Origin: Lytechinus pictus
Lineage: Eukaryota
Assembly (NCBI RefSeq): GCF_037042905.1
Contig: NC_087245.1
Coordinates: 4,776,001-4,840,000, forward strand
Length of the DNA: 64,000 nucleotides
Direction of reading: 5' to 3'
Every line of letters starts with the position of its first letter. Position 1 is the stretch's first letter. The notes below the pieces were generated by a model. It ran no database searches and was not told the DNA's origin. It was given only the letters and a program-made list of their open reading frames with translations. This document shows, one piece after another, positions 1 to 12,350 of the stretch. Made by a program: the position numbers and the translations under genes.

Positions 1-2328
1 CCTACACTCGTGTGGGAATCTATATATTTTATTCATACGGGAATTATTATTTTTTTTGGGGGGATGGGGGGGGGGGGGCAATATTACACTCTTTCATTCC
101 GCTCTATCATATTCAATACCCAAGTACATACATCTTGTTTACACTTCGGTACTATGGATGCGGGGAATGTATCTCATCTATGTATGCAATGGTAAATATT
201 GCCCGGATATATTGTGAGGATGGAGTCGAGTACAATATTTATAAAGAACGAAATAAAAGTGTTTTGTTAAAAAGAAAAACCCACAGTAGTCTTATAAGGT
301 ACTTGACAAGAAAAAAAAAGAATAGATCTCTCGTTCATAAACGGATGTTCATTCGGAAGCAAGAAAACAAGGATATATTCTATTCAGGGATGTACTTCCT
401 GGTTTATTGAATAAATAGAAATATACTTGTTTACCCGTACAACCAATACTAGTATCCTTGAGTCCAGTGGATAGTATACGGGAAGGAGGTGGGTGGCGCG
501 TTGGGTGGAATGAAGATTTCAAATGGATTCATTTTGTTGTCAACTCGACATAATTATATCCAGATTAAGTTCATTTCAGTATGACATCAGTCGGATTAGG
601 ATGTAAACGAGAGTGTGTATTAATACATGCCAGTGATGTCATGTCACGGAAACTGGTTCGAAATATTACTTGTGAGTGATCTTGTATAAACAAGTGTGGT
701 TTGGTTCAGAGGATCCTCTGAATAAAAATGTAGATATACATTAGCATTATTTTTTCAACATGTAGTGTTCAATTCACTAAGGAAATTAGAATCCAAACCT
801 ATATTTTCCTTTTCCATACCGTCTCCCAGAGTGTATAGGTAGGCCTACTTTTTTCTATGCAATATAATCCTTATTCTTTGAGAATAAAGAGCAGTCACAT
901 GCTATTGCATAACACTGTAAATATACTTGAAATGTAAAGAAAAGAAAGTCTGCACTATCGATTCTTCACTTGCGTCTGTTTAAGAAGAAACCGTTTGTGT
1001 ACGGTCTGGTGTACGCCGGAGAGCTCGGATATCAACATCTTACATCCATGTCAACTTAGGACGAACTTATATGAGGAGTTATCACTTATGTTCCTCCCTG
1101 GGTTTATAAAGGAAAAGAAATCGGTAAGCATTAGGCCATTTCTGTCTTCATATGTATTTTAGCTTCTTTTTATTTCATTACACAATAATGATTACCATGC
1201 AACTTCAGAGAAGAAGTAGGCCTACACGGGAACTTGATGTGCCGCTTGTGTGGGACGATTGTTGATATTTGGGTTCCAGAGGTCAAATTAAAGGTAAAAC
1301 ATGCCCTGGTAAAACCGAACAATCTGAACTTCCTGTAGAGAGCACACAAGTGCAAAGGTGGACAAACTTTGTAATTGTTATCATATGAACTGCTTATGTC
1401 GGGGGGGGGGGGTACAGAGATTATGAGTTTGTTTTGTTGCCATATCATCATTAATTGTATTTAACTATCTGAAAAATAAAAATGCATTTTTATACATCAT
1501 GGGGCAAGGGGAATGTACGTCTGAAAAAGAGGTATCCTAAGGATGATTAATTCTAAAGGGGAATAGTTCGATTCCCCTCAAGATTTTGACAAATCTTTAA
1601 TGGCTTTCATTGTCCTGCAATATTGAGACTGTTCCATTGTAGAATTTATGATCCAGGGCCGAATTATGTGATTACATGTGATGCGAAATTGCGGCTTTAT
1701 AATCTGGTGTATAGAAAAAAACACATAAACGGCCTCTCACAGGAATGTATTTTTTGAAGAAAAAAATCTTAATGCCTAACGATTCGAACGGCCTAAAATT
1801 TACCTCGACATGCTCTAGATGAAATGTTATGAATTAAAAAAAAATTCTTCCTATCATACTTAATTTCCCCGTAGCTGAGAGTAGAGATAGTGCTAGAATA
1901 TTGAATGGAAAAGACTTTCTGAAGGATAAATGGAAACTAGTAAAAGTGATTTTTTTCTGCTTTTCTTCAGTTATTTTGTTCATTATATACATATGTATAT
2001 ATATACATGTATATACATATATATATATATGAAATATCAGTGGTGGGTCAGGGGGGAGAGCCATAATCAAAATTTGTAATGTAAATATACCGTTTTTTAC
2101 TCAAGATTGCCCCCCCCCCCTCCATTTGAAAGTGAGGACATTTTTGTCTGTCAAATTTTCCGCGGACGAAATGACCTTCAATTTTAGGTGAAAACCTTAA
2201 ATTACATACATATTGCCATTTGGTATATTAGTATCGATGCTTTGAATATTGTTGAGATCGAGACCTATGATGTACGATCCTCCTTCTCCACACTAATTAC
2301 ATTTATATATATTTTCTTCGTTTTAGAA

Positions 2329-5300
2329 ATGACTATCCTGGATATAATCAGCAGTGGCTTCAGGAAATGTGGTCTTCAGTTGGTCCTGTTCTTGTACATT
2401 GCTGGGATGACCTTACAGTTTCCTATATGGCAGAATATGATCATCCACCGTCTGTGCCTGGAACGATATGGGGTAGAAGTCTGTGACAACCTCTCTAAGA
2501 ATCCTCAAGCAGAATCTGAAGTTCAAATGGTATCATCACGTCTTCTTACCATACAATCAATCTTCACTGATATCCCTGGTGCCATCGCTGCTTTGTTGTT
2601 GGGATCACTCAGTGACAAGATTGGTAGGAAGCGAGTCCTGCTCTTCCCATGTTGCGGTTCTCTTCTCTTGAGTCTCGTCCTACTTCTTCAGTCAATAATA
2701 CCAGTTGTGTACTTACCCTTGGTCATCCTCAGCTGCTTGATTTTTGGTGTCAGCGGTGGGATCCAGACCTTCATGACTACCGCTGTGAACATCATCACAG
2801 ACACCACCCCTGTAGAGAAGCGAGCTGTGCGTATAAGTCGCACCATGCCCTTCTTTGGTCTTGGGATGGTCGTCGGTATGCTTTGCTCGGGGATCCTTCC
2901 TCAATTTCTATCAATCACTCAAGTTTACCTTCTTTACACTGCTTCCCAGTTCATTGTCGTTGCTGTCGTTCTTCTTTTCTTTGACGAAACCCTTCCGAAA
3001 GTTGAAGATGAGTCGAGCAATGGGGATATCAAGGAAAACAAAGGCAATAAAAACAGCTATCTGGGTATTGTTGGTTTGATCAAACTCATATGGAGTAGTG
3101 TAACAGTAGGAATCAATGTTCTTACCTCAAGAGAGAATCGCCCCTACCGAACTGCTCTCATAGTGTTGTTGGTTGCGGGGATGATTGCTAACGCATCAGC
3201 AATGAGTGAGTATAATGACTTACCGGATAATCTATAGCTATATTTAGAAAGTCAAAATCATAAAAGAAGGTATATTGCTTGATAAAAATTAAAATTTTCT
3301 TTGTAAAAGGGAGGGGGGGGGGGGGAATTGATCCAAGCGTTGTACTCTATGTCTTTCAATTAAAATTCAGTGTGTTTATAATATTTAAAAAAACAGTGAA
3401 GAGTTAAGTTAAATCACAAACATTTCAACAATGGATATGCATATACAGAATAAAATAAGTCATGATTTACCATAAACATAGCGCTTATAAGTTATATAGG
3501 CCTATAGCATTATACATATTCGTGTATTTTAAGACGGTGGTAACAGACTGTTGCCGGGGACTGTTGTAAGAGACTGGTTTATCATAGTTAGAATTATGTT
3601 TTCTTTTTACTGCAAATGAATTCTAACAGATGATGTGCTATCTTGTTAGGTCGATGAACTAAATTTTATACATTTTCATGAGTTTTGCAATACATTTAGG
3701 CCTATTAAAACACTGAAATTGTATTCTCTTCATTAATGCAGTTGAATTCAATTTGATTCTCCTCTATACCAAACGAGCGCCTTTCCTGTGGTCACCCAAG
3801 GTATACGGTATATTTTCTGCCTTCAAAAGCCTTATGGGCATCATCGGCCAGGCCGTAGGTACCGGGATGGTACTAGGTCTCCTTGGCGAACGTTCTCTCA
3901 AGAATGATTTCAAGCTATTGCAGTTGGGCTCTATATCCGCCATCTTGGTAACTCTCTTTACAGCATATGCTTCGTCTACAAAGTTTATGATGTTCGGTAA
4001 GTGGCTTTTACTTCCATTGAATTGTTTGCATGTGAGGTAGCATGAATGATTAGGGTCTATGAAACTAAATTCAATACATCTCTGAAATATGAGAGTCCTG
4101 GTAATGAAGCAGTTTTGCCAACTGAGATATCTTACCCTATACAAGATAAACCAGCAAGCAGATATTATAATTAAAATGTATAAGAATTAAATCAAGAATG
4201 AAATATTAATGAAGAACTTTGTAGGCCCTAAGCTCGTTTTTCATATTTTCAAAGCCCTGTTAACTGTATGATGCTATACCATGTATACTGAGATTTCATA
4301 TAACAAAGAATCAATTAATTAATCTATCAGTCAATCGATGAACAGATTGATCAATCAATGAATTAATTATTTCTCAATCAATCAATCGATCAGTTAACTA
4401 ATCAGATGTTTGTGACGTATACCTTTTCTGTGAAGAATCACATAAAATTACATTAATCATATTCTCTTTTTATAATTACTAGCTGTATCAACGTCATAGG
4501 AGAGAAACACTTAGTCATGTCACTGTTTTTTTCTTATAGCTGCCCTATTTGTACTAATTGGTGCACCTTCAAGATCAGCCAATGGTTCAATCGTCTCTCG
4601 TATTGTTAGCCCTAGTCAGAAAGGTAAGATAATTGAACAGCAAAGATGGTAATGTAAGATGGTTATTTTGTCATTTATCTTATTTTGTTCATTTCCTTTA
4701 ACTTGTGTTTTCTTCAGCTGATGTTTTACATTTCTGTTCCGTCTAGACTTGAGTTCATTTACATTTCTTTTCAGCATTGCCCTTGCAGTCTGAACTTGGG
4801 TTATTTGAGTATGATCACATTCATTTTTCATTCATCCTTCTCCACATTGGATTATTTTCCTCTGACTCTCTTTGGTCATCTTCATTCCCTCTTTATTCAG
4901 GTGTTCCACTCATTCCATCCCTCACCTGACTCCTTAGTTTCTAATGCCATTATCACCCAGACATCTTTTATCACCTTCATCTTATTCCTCATTGGTTTAT
5001 ATTATGAATTGGATTTCTACATTTTAGTAGGGCTCTCCTATTTTCTTTAATTTCATTGGTTTGATTTTAGTTAATTTAAAGAGTGTTATGTTTCTATAGC
5101 TACAAATTTGATGTGGGCCAGAAAGGCCTATGGTATGAGAAGAGAAGTGATTTTTAATAAACACACAAACACAGACACGACACCAGATTTCTTCGACTTC
5201 AGTTTAATTTCTTTGCGTCTCCTAGTTTCACTTCATTCCCCTTTGGATGATTCGATGATTTGAGTTTACTACTTTAGAACTTCATTTATTTTCTACCCTT

Positions 5301-7471
5301 AAATGAACTTGTGATTTTCAACCGTACAATAAGATAATTGAACATCAAAGAATGTTTATCAATTATTTGGTCCTTTGTTGATCCGTCTTCTCATTCTAAC
5401 ATCGCCAACCATTTTGAAAATTGCACTGCTGTTTCACAAAAGTTACCGTTGCGAGTTCAGTAATCGGTGGAAGATTCCTAAGAGGAATCATTGTAACGAC
5501 ATCTGGTTAAAAATTGTATGCCAAAGAAATTCAGAAAACTTAATCTATAAAAGAAAAGACATAGGCCTATCCACGTTTTAGATTTTGATTCAAGATTGGA
5601 TCAACATAATTTTATATATATATTTTTTTTAATTGGTTTTGGGGCTCAACTTCCTTTGTTCTTTATTCCAACGCCACTACCATTATCACCTTCACCATCG
5701 CTACTATCATTATCACCACCACCAGCAGCACTATATCACCATCATCAACTCACCAACATAACCCCAAAACCTCTGTTATCATCACAACCATATCACTTCA
5801 CAGGTCATAGCCAATATCATCATTTTCAAAATTATCACCATCATAATTACCATCAACAATTACCACATCTGACACATCATCATTACAATATAATGACCAC
5901 ACCAATATAATCAACAGCTTGAGAAAATAAAAAGAAACTGATTTTAAATAGTGATCAGAATGAAACAATATATTAGGATCAAACCAAAAACTTAGAATAC
6001 TATACATTTTGTGTCTTACTTTTCTTTTTATACAGAACTTCAAAAACTTGATACTTGGTTTAAAGCAAACAAATTGAAATTAAATGCAGAAAAAAACTTC
6101 CTGTATGTTATTTCGTCCTAAAAACAAAAATTTATTATCATTATTTATTATTATATATTTTTTTTTATAAGAATAAGTATCAACCAACAAATAATATCGA
6201 TTGTAAATTCTACAATTTTTTAAGGAGTTAAAATTGACAACAAACTGACATGGAAAGAGCATGTATCTTATGTATCATGTCAAATATCTAAAGCTATTGG
6301 TGCAATGAATATAATAAAGAAAATTGTTCCTTTTTATATTCCTCTAAAACTGTATAATAATAGCATGATCTTGCCATATCTGAACTGCTGTAATATAGTA
6401 TGGGGAGGATGTGCAAAGGCCTATTTAAATAAAATTTTAATTCTTACAAAACGAGCAATACGAATTATGTTCAATTTACATCCTTTCTCACACACTGCTC
6501 CTGTCTTTAAAAAATATAGTATATATCAAATTTTTGATATACATAAGCATCAGATTGCCATCTTTTGTTTTCTTACTCCAAAAATATACTTTCGAAGTTT
6601 TCAGAAAAATGTTTTGTATATAATAAAAATGTTTGTAAATATGCGACCCGTCAATCAAATCTTTTTCATTTACCAACGCTAAATTATAATTTCTCAAGAA
6701 CTACAATTTCTTATGCAGGACCTAAGTTATGGAACAAGTTAATCAGTAGATGAAAATAGTCTTTATTTATCATCACTACCATAACTAAGGTATGTTCTCT
6801 TCTACATTTTGAAGGTGCCTTCATGTCCATGGGATCTTTCTTAAACACGCTGACCACTCCCATACTAGGTGGTATCTATAATGGTATCTATGCATCATCA
6901 GTCGAGACACGCCCTGGTCTTGTTTTTATATGTATGGCTGTTATTCATGCATTCGCATTCCTTATTGTCAGGTTAGTGTCATTTATACATTCATAATGCA
7001 ATCTCTCTCTCTCGGTCTTTTTCAATTGCTTTGATACATCAGTCCTAGAATACTCATTTTGTTTGTATTCATTCTACCTTTTTCATTTGTATTGCTTCAA
7101 AGACAATGACTGCATATTTCTAATGATTTCAAAATTGTTCGACCACATCTTAGGCTATGATAATCATAACTCATATACACTGAATCGTATGAATAATGAT
7201 TTTTTTTAATATCATGGTTAGCAACTCATATTTACATATGTACCTTTTCATATTTTTATTTTTTCACTTTCTTTATTTTTCTTCTTCTACTTTTTCTTAT
7301 TTTATTCTTTTTACGCCTTCTTTTCCTTTCACTTTATCATAATGATAATATTCCTGACTCAGTATCTATAATAAAATGAACAATCATATTTATTGTCCTA
7401 TTTGTATTTCTTACAGGTATGTCATTGCAAATGTACCAGATTCCGAATCTACCAGCGAGAAAACTGATTAA
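2329..7471 (+). CDS. SLC46-family (PCFT/SLC46A3-like) MFS transporter, 5 coding exons, 475 aa
   Basis: Exons 2329-3205, 3742-3996, 4540-4623, 6815-6971, 7417-7471, all GT-AG with matching phases (1428 nt). MFS motif A 'GSLSDKIGRK', SLC46-like luminal loop 'CLERYGVEVCDNLSKNPQAESEVQ', plus 'FDETLP', 'LYTKRAPFLWSPKVYG' and 'VSRIVSPSQKGA'. The ATG lies 2 nt after an acceptor (ttttag at 2326), so an upstream non-coding exon exists; candidate donor G|gtaagc at 1123. Confidence 0.88.
5670..5910. repeat. Degenerate (CAT/CAC)n trinucleotide low-complexity tract
   Basis: Runs of cat/cac/cca visible directly; source of the His-rich spurious ORF. Confidence 0.8.
6085..6753 (+). mobile_element. Decayed non-LTR retrotransposon (L2/Crack-like) RT C-terminal fragment in an SLC46 intron
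   Basis: Frame-broken translation 'GVKIDNKLTWKEHVSYVSCQISKAIG...LYNNSMILPYLNCCNIVWGG...KRAIRIM...ISYAGPKLWNKL', typical of the post-RT region of L2/CR1-group ORF2. Confidence 0.8.
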
Positions 7472-7689
7472 CCGCTATAGTTGCATCACAGTATACCTTT
7501 TGACTGATGACAAAATAACAAGGTGAAAATAAATTGTGAAAATAGTATACATAGATCCTGAATCTTGGTTTATCAATCAAATTAATTCAAGAAAATTTTT
7601 CGAACAAAGTGTGTAATGGTCAAGTGACCTATAGAATAGTGCTGGAAATTAAACAATCATATTTATTGTCCTATTTGTATTTCTTACAG

Positions 7690-7750
7690 GTATGTAATTT
7701 CAAATATACCAGATTCCGAATCTACCAGCGAATGGTCAAGTGACCTATAG
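7690..7750 (+). CDS. Candidate alternative last coding exon of the SLC46-like gene (duplicated acceptor/exon)
   Basis: Near-identical copy of the intron end and acceptor at 7379-7458. In the same phase it reads (R)YVISNIPDSESTSEWSSDL*, with AATAAA at 7895-7900. Confidence 0.4.
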
Positions 7751-10280
7751 AATAGTGCTCGAGTATAAACTTTTTAATTAGAACACAGCTTGTCCTCATA
7801 ATCCAGACCCACTAGCTCCAATCCCACAATAATTCGCCAGTCAGGATTCTATGTATAAGTCTTAATTGACAAAAATATTAATTTCGTCTCCATGAATAAA
7901 AATTCAGGAAATTATTTTATCTGTCAAATACTGTCAAACTTTGAAAGATGTATCACTGGAAATCTTTTATTTTAACTATAAAAATTTGAAAATTCAACAC
8001 TCAAATAAAGGTTTGATATTGATAAGTAGTTGTATAATGAATATACTTCATAACTTCATTCGAGTATTTTGTTTCTAAAATTGACATTATTATGGACCTG
8101 CAGACTTATTAATGTTCTTTATAGTTTGTGGTTTTATGGATTTATCAAAATATCAACATATCGCAACCCAATAAGGAGGAGTTGCTTTGGATTTACAAAA
8201 TATAACAATTCAATGATAAAACGATTGCAGAGTTAGAAAGTATATAATGTAATATTTACAAATAAAAAGATGAATGCATTCGCTAACCTGACAGATATAG
8301 GAAAAGAGATAAAAGTAGGGAAAAGGGAAATGATAATCTACATGATCTATAAGTGAAACTTTATTGGCAGAAATATTATTATGTTAATCGTATTTCAATG
8401 ACATTGAGTCAATAAGTAATGCCTTCATGAAACGGTGCACTGTATAACTTGGTACTTATTATTAGACTGGATTTGCATTCCTTTTAACGGTAAAGATAGA
8501 TATTATAGATGGAATTTTTTTTAAATTATAGATTAGCTTTGGTTAGACCTGGCTAGATTTTCATTCGCATTATCAGACTCGTAAATGTGTATATAATAAT
8601 AGAGCAATAAACCATCTACACTCCTTTGAATTTATTTGAGTTTGGGAGTCGTTTTATATTGTAGATATTTGTAGTGTTGTAAACAGGTAAAGAATCTTGA
8701 ATGATACATTCTTCATATTTATGTAGGCTTATTTTGAAGAGAAAGATCCGTCAAACTGAGTCATTAAATCATAATAATAAAACCCACAGAACATTGTTTG
8801 GTGAAAAGCATTTTTATTTAAATTTCACCTCATTCAAACTTGTTCTCAAACTCTATATTAGAGACGAAAATCGATATCAGTCGACGTGGTCGTGACTGGG
8901 TCATTGCTGATTGCCACAAGTGTTTGTTAAACAATAACACTATCCACTGATTGACTAGTATTATACATTTCTTTCTACCTCCATGGTTTTATTGACATCG
9001 TGTGCAAAAAAAAACATATAAATACTAAGATTATCTTTGTATGATCGCGAGCCAGTATATTAATTCGTTTTTTCTGCAAATTACGTAGAAATAAAAAATG
9101 AAACGGGCATATTAAATGGACCTTCACCAGGGCCTGTTTAATCGGCCTATGTCTCATTTTATTGATATCTTCACATTCATATTGAAGATTCGAATTTATA
9201 CACCTATGTTTTCTACTCACACGCTCATGTCTATATGTATTTTATAAACAGACTCCGAATCTTGTAAATCACATCATTATTGTGCAAAATACAAAATTTC
9301 GTATGATGATAATTGAAGCGAACACGGCGTACAGTGCCCTTTAAATGAAGCACCTTACTGAAAAGTTAACGATTGATCACAATACTGGCTTTTACGATTT
9401 GATTGCAAAACTATCAGTACAATCAATCGGAATATCTAGTTGTCCGATCAATTTTATATGAAACGGGATCACAGAAAATACTTTTTAAACTATATAAAGA
9501 TATTTCAGATGTAACTCTGCATGATTGGAAATGATTTTAATCGTTTGGAACGTTTTTTTTTAATTAAAACTAATTTGAAAATCAAACCAATCGAAAAAAA
9601 TAATCATTTTAATTTTGTGACGGACATTACTGATCACGTCAATATGAAAGACGTGCTTCACAATTTCCCTTCTATTCTCGGATAGTGCACGATTGCTCAT
9701 AATTAAATATATATGATCATGAGACACAAAGAGGGTTTGCTTTCATAATATTTTATCACAAAATCTACATCTTTCAGATAGAAGAAAGTAAAATTGCCTA
9801 TGATTATGTGTGCTAAATACACTTATCGATAATTATATATACCCAGTTGTGTGTCCGGACAATCAATTTTAGTCATTTGGAAAAATTTACAAGCGAAATT
9901 TCATCAATTTTAAACTGTTAGGAAATATTATCGAGAAAAAAATAGAAGATGATTACAACTATTGAATTCATATTTTTAGTGTAATCCAAAGACAAAAAAG
10001 AAGGCTTCAAAAATATAAAGTGTCCGGACACCCGACCCCCCATCCTACATCATAAGATGACACAGAAACATAATACCATCGGTGCATAGTTATCATGAAC
10101 ATATTTAAGTGCGTTGGAGACGTTTGTTGATTTTCATAAGTTACATGAGCAAAAATTTGTCAAACGGAATGCTCTCCTCATACCAATAAAAAACTATAGG
10201 TGGGCAAACTTCAAATTGGTTAGGCCAAAGTCATCTTCGTTACGAAAATGAAATTTATTTTAAAGCCATATTAATGATGG

Positions 10281-11110
10281 CGTATATAGATAGGGATTGA
10301 GTGATACGTTGATTGGTAAAACAATCACCTCCAACCAGGCGTAGATCGACCTCAACCGTCTGGACGAGGATACCAAGAATGATAATGGGCATCCAGCAGC
10401 AGTAGTCGGTGCATCTTCACTGCCATCCTGACCTCATTGATGGTTGGTAACGGCCAACTTCAGCGTGGACGAATCGAACCTTGATAAAGATAACAACGTA
10501 GGCGACCAGGATGGCGAAGAAACTGAAAAGGTTGATGCCAAGGCATAGCGCAATGGAGAATTTCGAGGTGGATTCTGTCCAGGCTGCAGATGTGATGAAG
10601 AATGATTATGCCGTATTATTGGCTTGTGGTTCGGGAATCCTCCTCTTGACGGAAATTGGTAGATTTTCTGATGAAAGGGAGACCGACGCAGACATCACTG
10701 AGACCATAAGAGTCTGGGTTGAGGTTGTTCCGCATCACAACTACTGCGCTTAGCCATGTTAGCAGTGCGGATACTATCCAGATGACTGCAATTTATTGCA
10801 ACTAGGGTTGACACGACGCCAAAACGCTTCGTCGAGAATGGGAACACAATACTGATGAAACGGTCTACGCTAATGAGAGTCAGCAGAAACTGCAGAAGTC
10901 TCGCTGCTGAGGACAGATGAACCCTGCGATGTGACATGTGGCATTGGACATCTCCTCAGCACGACCCTCCCAGCAGAAGTAAGATTCACCACTGTAGATG
11001 TCCCTCGAGATGTCCATCACTGCGAGAATATCACCATGTAGGCACCCCAGGCACCCATTAACAGATCAGCAATGGCCAGAACGGTGATGATCATGGACTG
11101 TTCCTTGCAT
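10281..11110 (-). pseudogene. Decayed class A GPCR 7TM domain, LGR/relaxin-receptor (GRL101)-like
   Basis: Motifs in order across frameshifts and stops: TM2 'ITVLAIADLLMGA', TM3 'LLTLISVDRFISIVFPF', ECL2 'YGLSDVCVGLPF', TM5 'FSIALCLGINLFSFFAILVAYVVIF', TM6 'TDYCCWMPIIILG', TM7 'IYAWLEVIVLPINVSLNPYLYT'. No introns; TM1 and ectodomain not seen. Confidence 0.85.
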
Positions 11111-11218
11111 GAATACATCAAATACTTTTAGTCTAAGTACAATTATTTGACCACTAATCAGAAATAGAACCATGAATAATTTGATCCTCTATACACCAAT
11201 GCACTTGAAATAGGTTTT

Positions 11219-11425
11219 GCCCTGACGTCGCATAAAAATTGGTGGCATGCGCCTGTAATCCAAGCTACGTGGGGAAGTTATACAAATTGATATAGAAGTT
11301 CGAGGTCCGAACCCTGGTCACGACATTCGGATGTCCGTGACGTTAAAGGTCGATCTAAACGTAAATAATCATAATGTGATTGATAGTGAATGATACACCT
11401 CTGAGAAACTCAACTACACACATAT
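11219..11425 (+). mobile_element. SINE-like element with a 7SL (SRP RNA Alu-domain)-like 5' head
   Basis: GGTGGCATGCGCCTGTAATCCAAGCTAC at 11241-11268 resembles the 7SL/Alu 5' domain; B-box-like GAAGTTCGAG at 11295; body 'TTCGGATGTCCGTGACGTTAAAGGTCG' resembles Deu-type SINE cores; CA-rich end. Confidence 0.55.
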
Positions 11426-11610
11426 ACTGAAAAGACCCAGGTCGTATATCTGTGATTGTGTTTTTGTCCAGGTCTCTATGGAAAATACGGTTAAATTATC
11501 AATTCAAATTCACCTTTTATACCGTGTGCTTGATTGTTTGTATAAGTTTCTAAATGTTCCATTCAGATATTCTCATGTATTTACATGAGATGCGGCTAGA
11601 TCTGTACAGA

Positions 11611-12350
11611 TCCCAGAATATAAACAAATTCACTTTCGAGAAATTGTTGTAATACATTTTCCAAAATCATAATTTACATCAAATGTTCTTGTCTGGATAT
11701 AATCGAGTCTCAATTACTCTTAAATTTTGTCGCAATATCTTCTTTTCTCTTTAGGAGAAACAAATTAAGATTAGATGAGCAATGGAGTAAGTGAGATATT
11801 TAATTATGCATGTAAAATCGTTACGTTCTTCAGAAATAATTCGTCGAACAAAATACTTGAGATATTATGATAGAGATATTAGAATATTAACGAAAATTGT
11901 ACTTTTGTGAACTTGTATTACGTTTGAACCATCATAATAAACATCAAAATTATCAGGCCGATCACTTCTCAGTATTCGTGAATTAATTTGGCCGTATTCA
12001 AAAAAACAAATTTAACTCGAATTTGCAATCATATCTATGATAGATATACTTATACAAATAAAAACGTAAATTTCTTTAAAATTTGTGCGTCGAATAAACT
12101 ATTTCAGCTTTCTAGAGGCCCCAGAATATAAAGAAAAAGTGTATTGATTTAATACATTTTTTAACATCATTATTTGCATGAAAATTATCTAAAATATTTA
12201 TCCAATCAAATGTTACTCATTCTTTAAATTTGCCGTAATACCTTGTTTAAAAAGAAAACAAATGAAAATCGAATTATCAATGATGTATGTGAAACGTTTA
12301 ATTACAAAAGTAAAACAAATAAAATAAAGAAATCATTCGTCGAATAAAAC
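11611..12350. repeat. Old degenerate direct duplication (about 510 bp offset)
   Basis: cccagaatataaa (11612 and 12120) is followed in both copies by colinear motifs gaaaacaaat...tttaatta...ttcgtcgaa.aaaa. Confidence 0.45.

Noticed and set aside
57..78. Poly-G runs (here and at many other sites) as functional G-quadruplexes
   Set aside because: G/C homopolymers are scattered throughout the window, mostly in MITE ends; nothing singles any one out.
2188..2328. N-terminal extension of the 349-aa ORF from a GTG start
   Set aside because: This is intron sequence ending in a polypyrimidine tract and AG at 2326; the credible start is the ATG at 2329.
11241..11304. Human Alu contamination
   Set aside because: Similarity is limited to the short 7SL-like head; there is no Alu body, A-rich linker or poly(A), and it is contiguous with host-like sequence.
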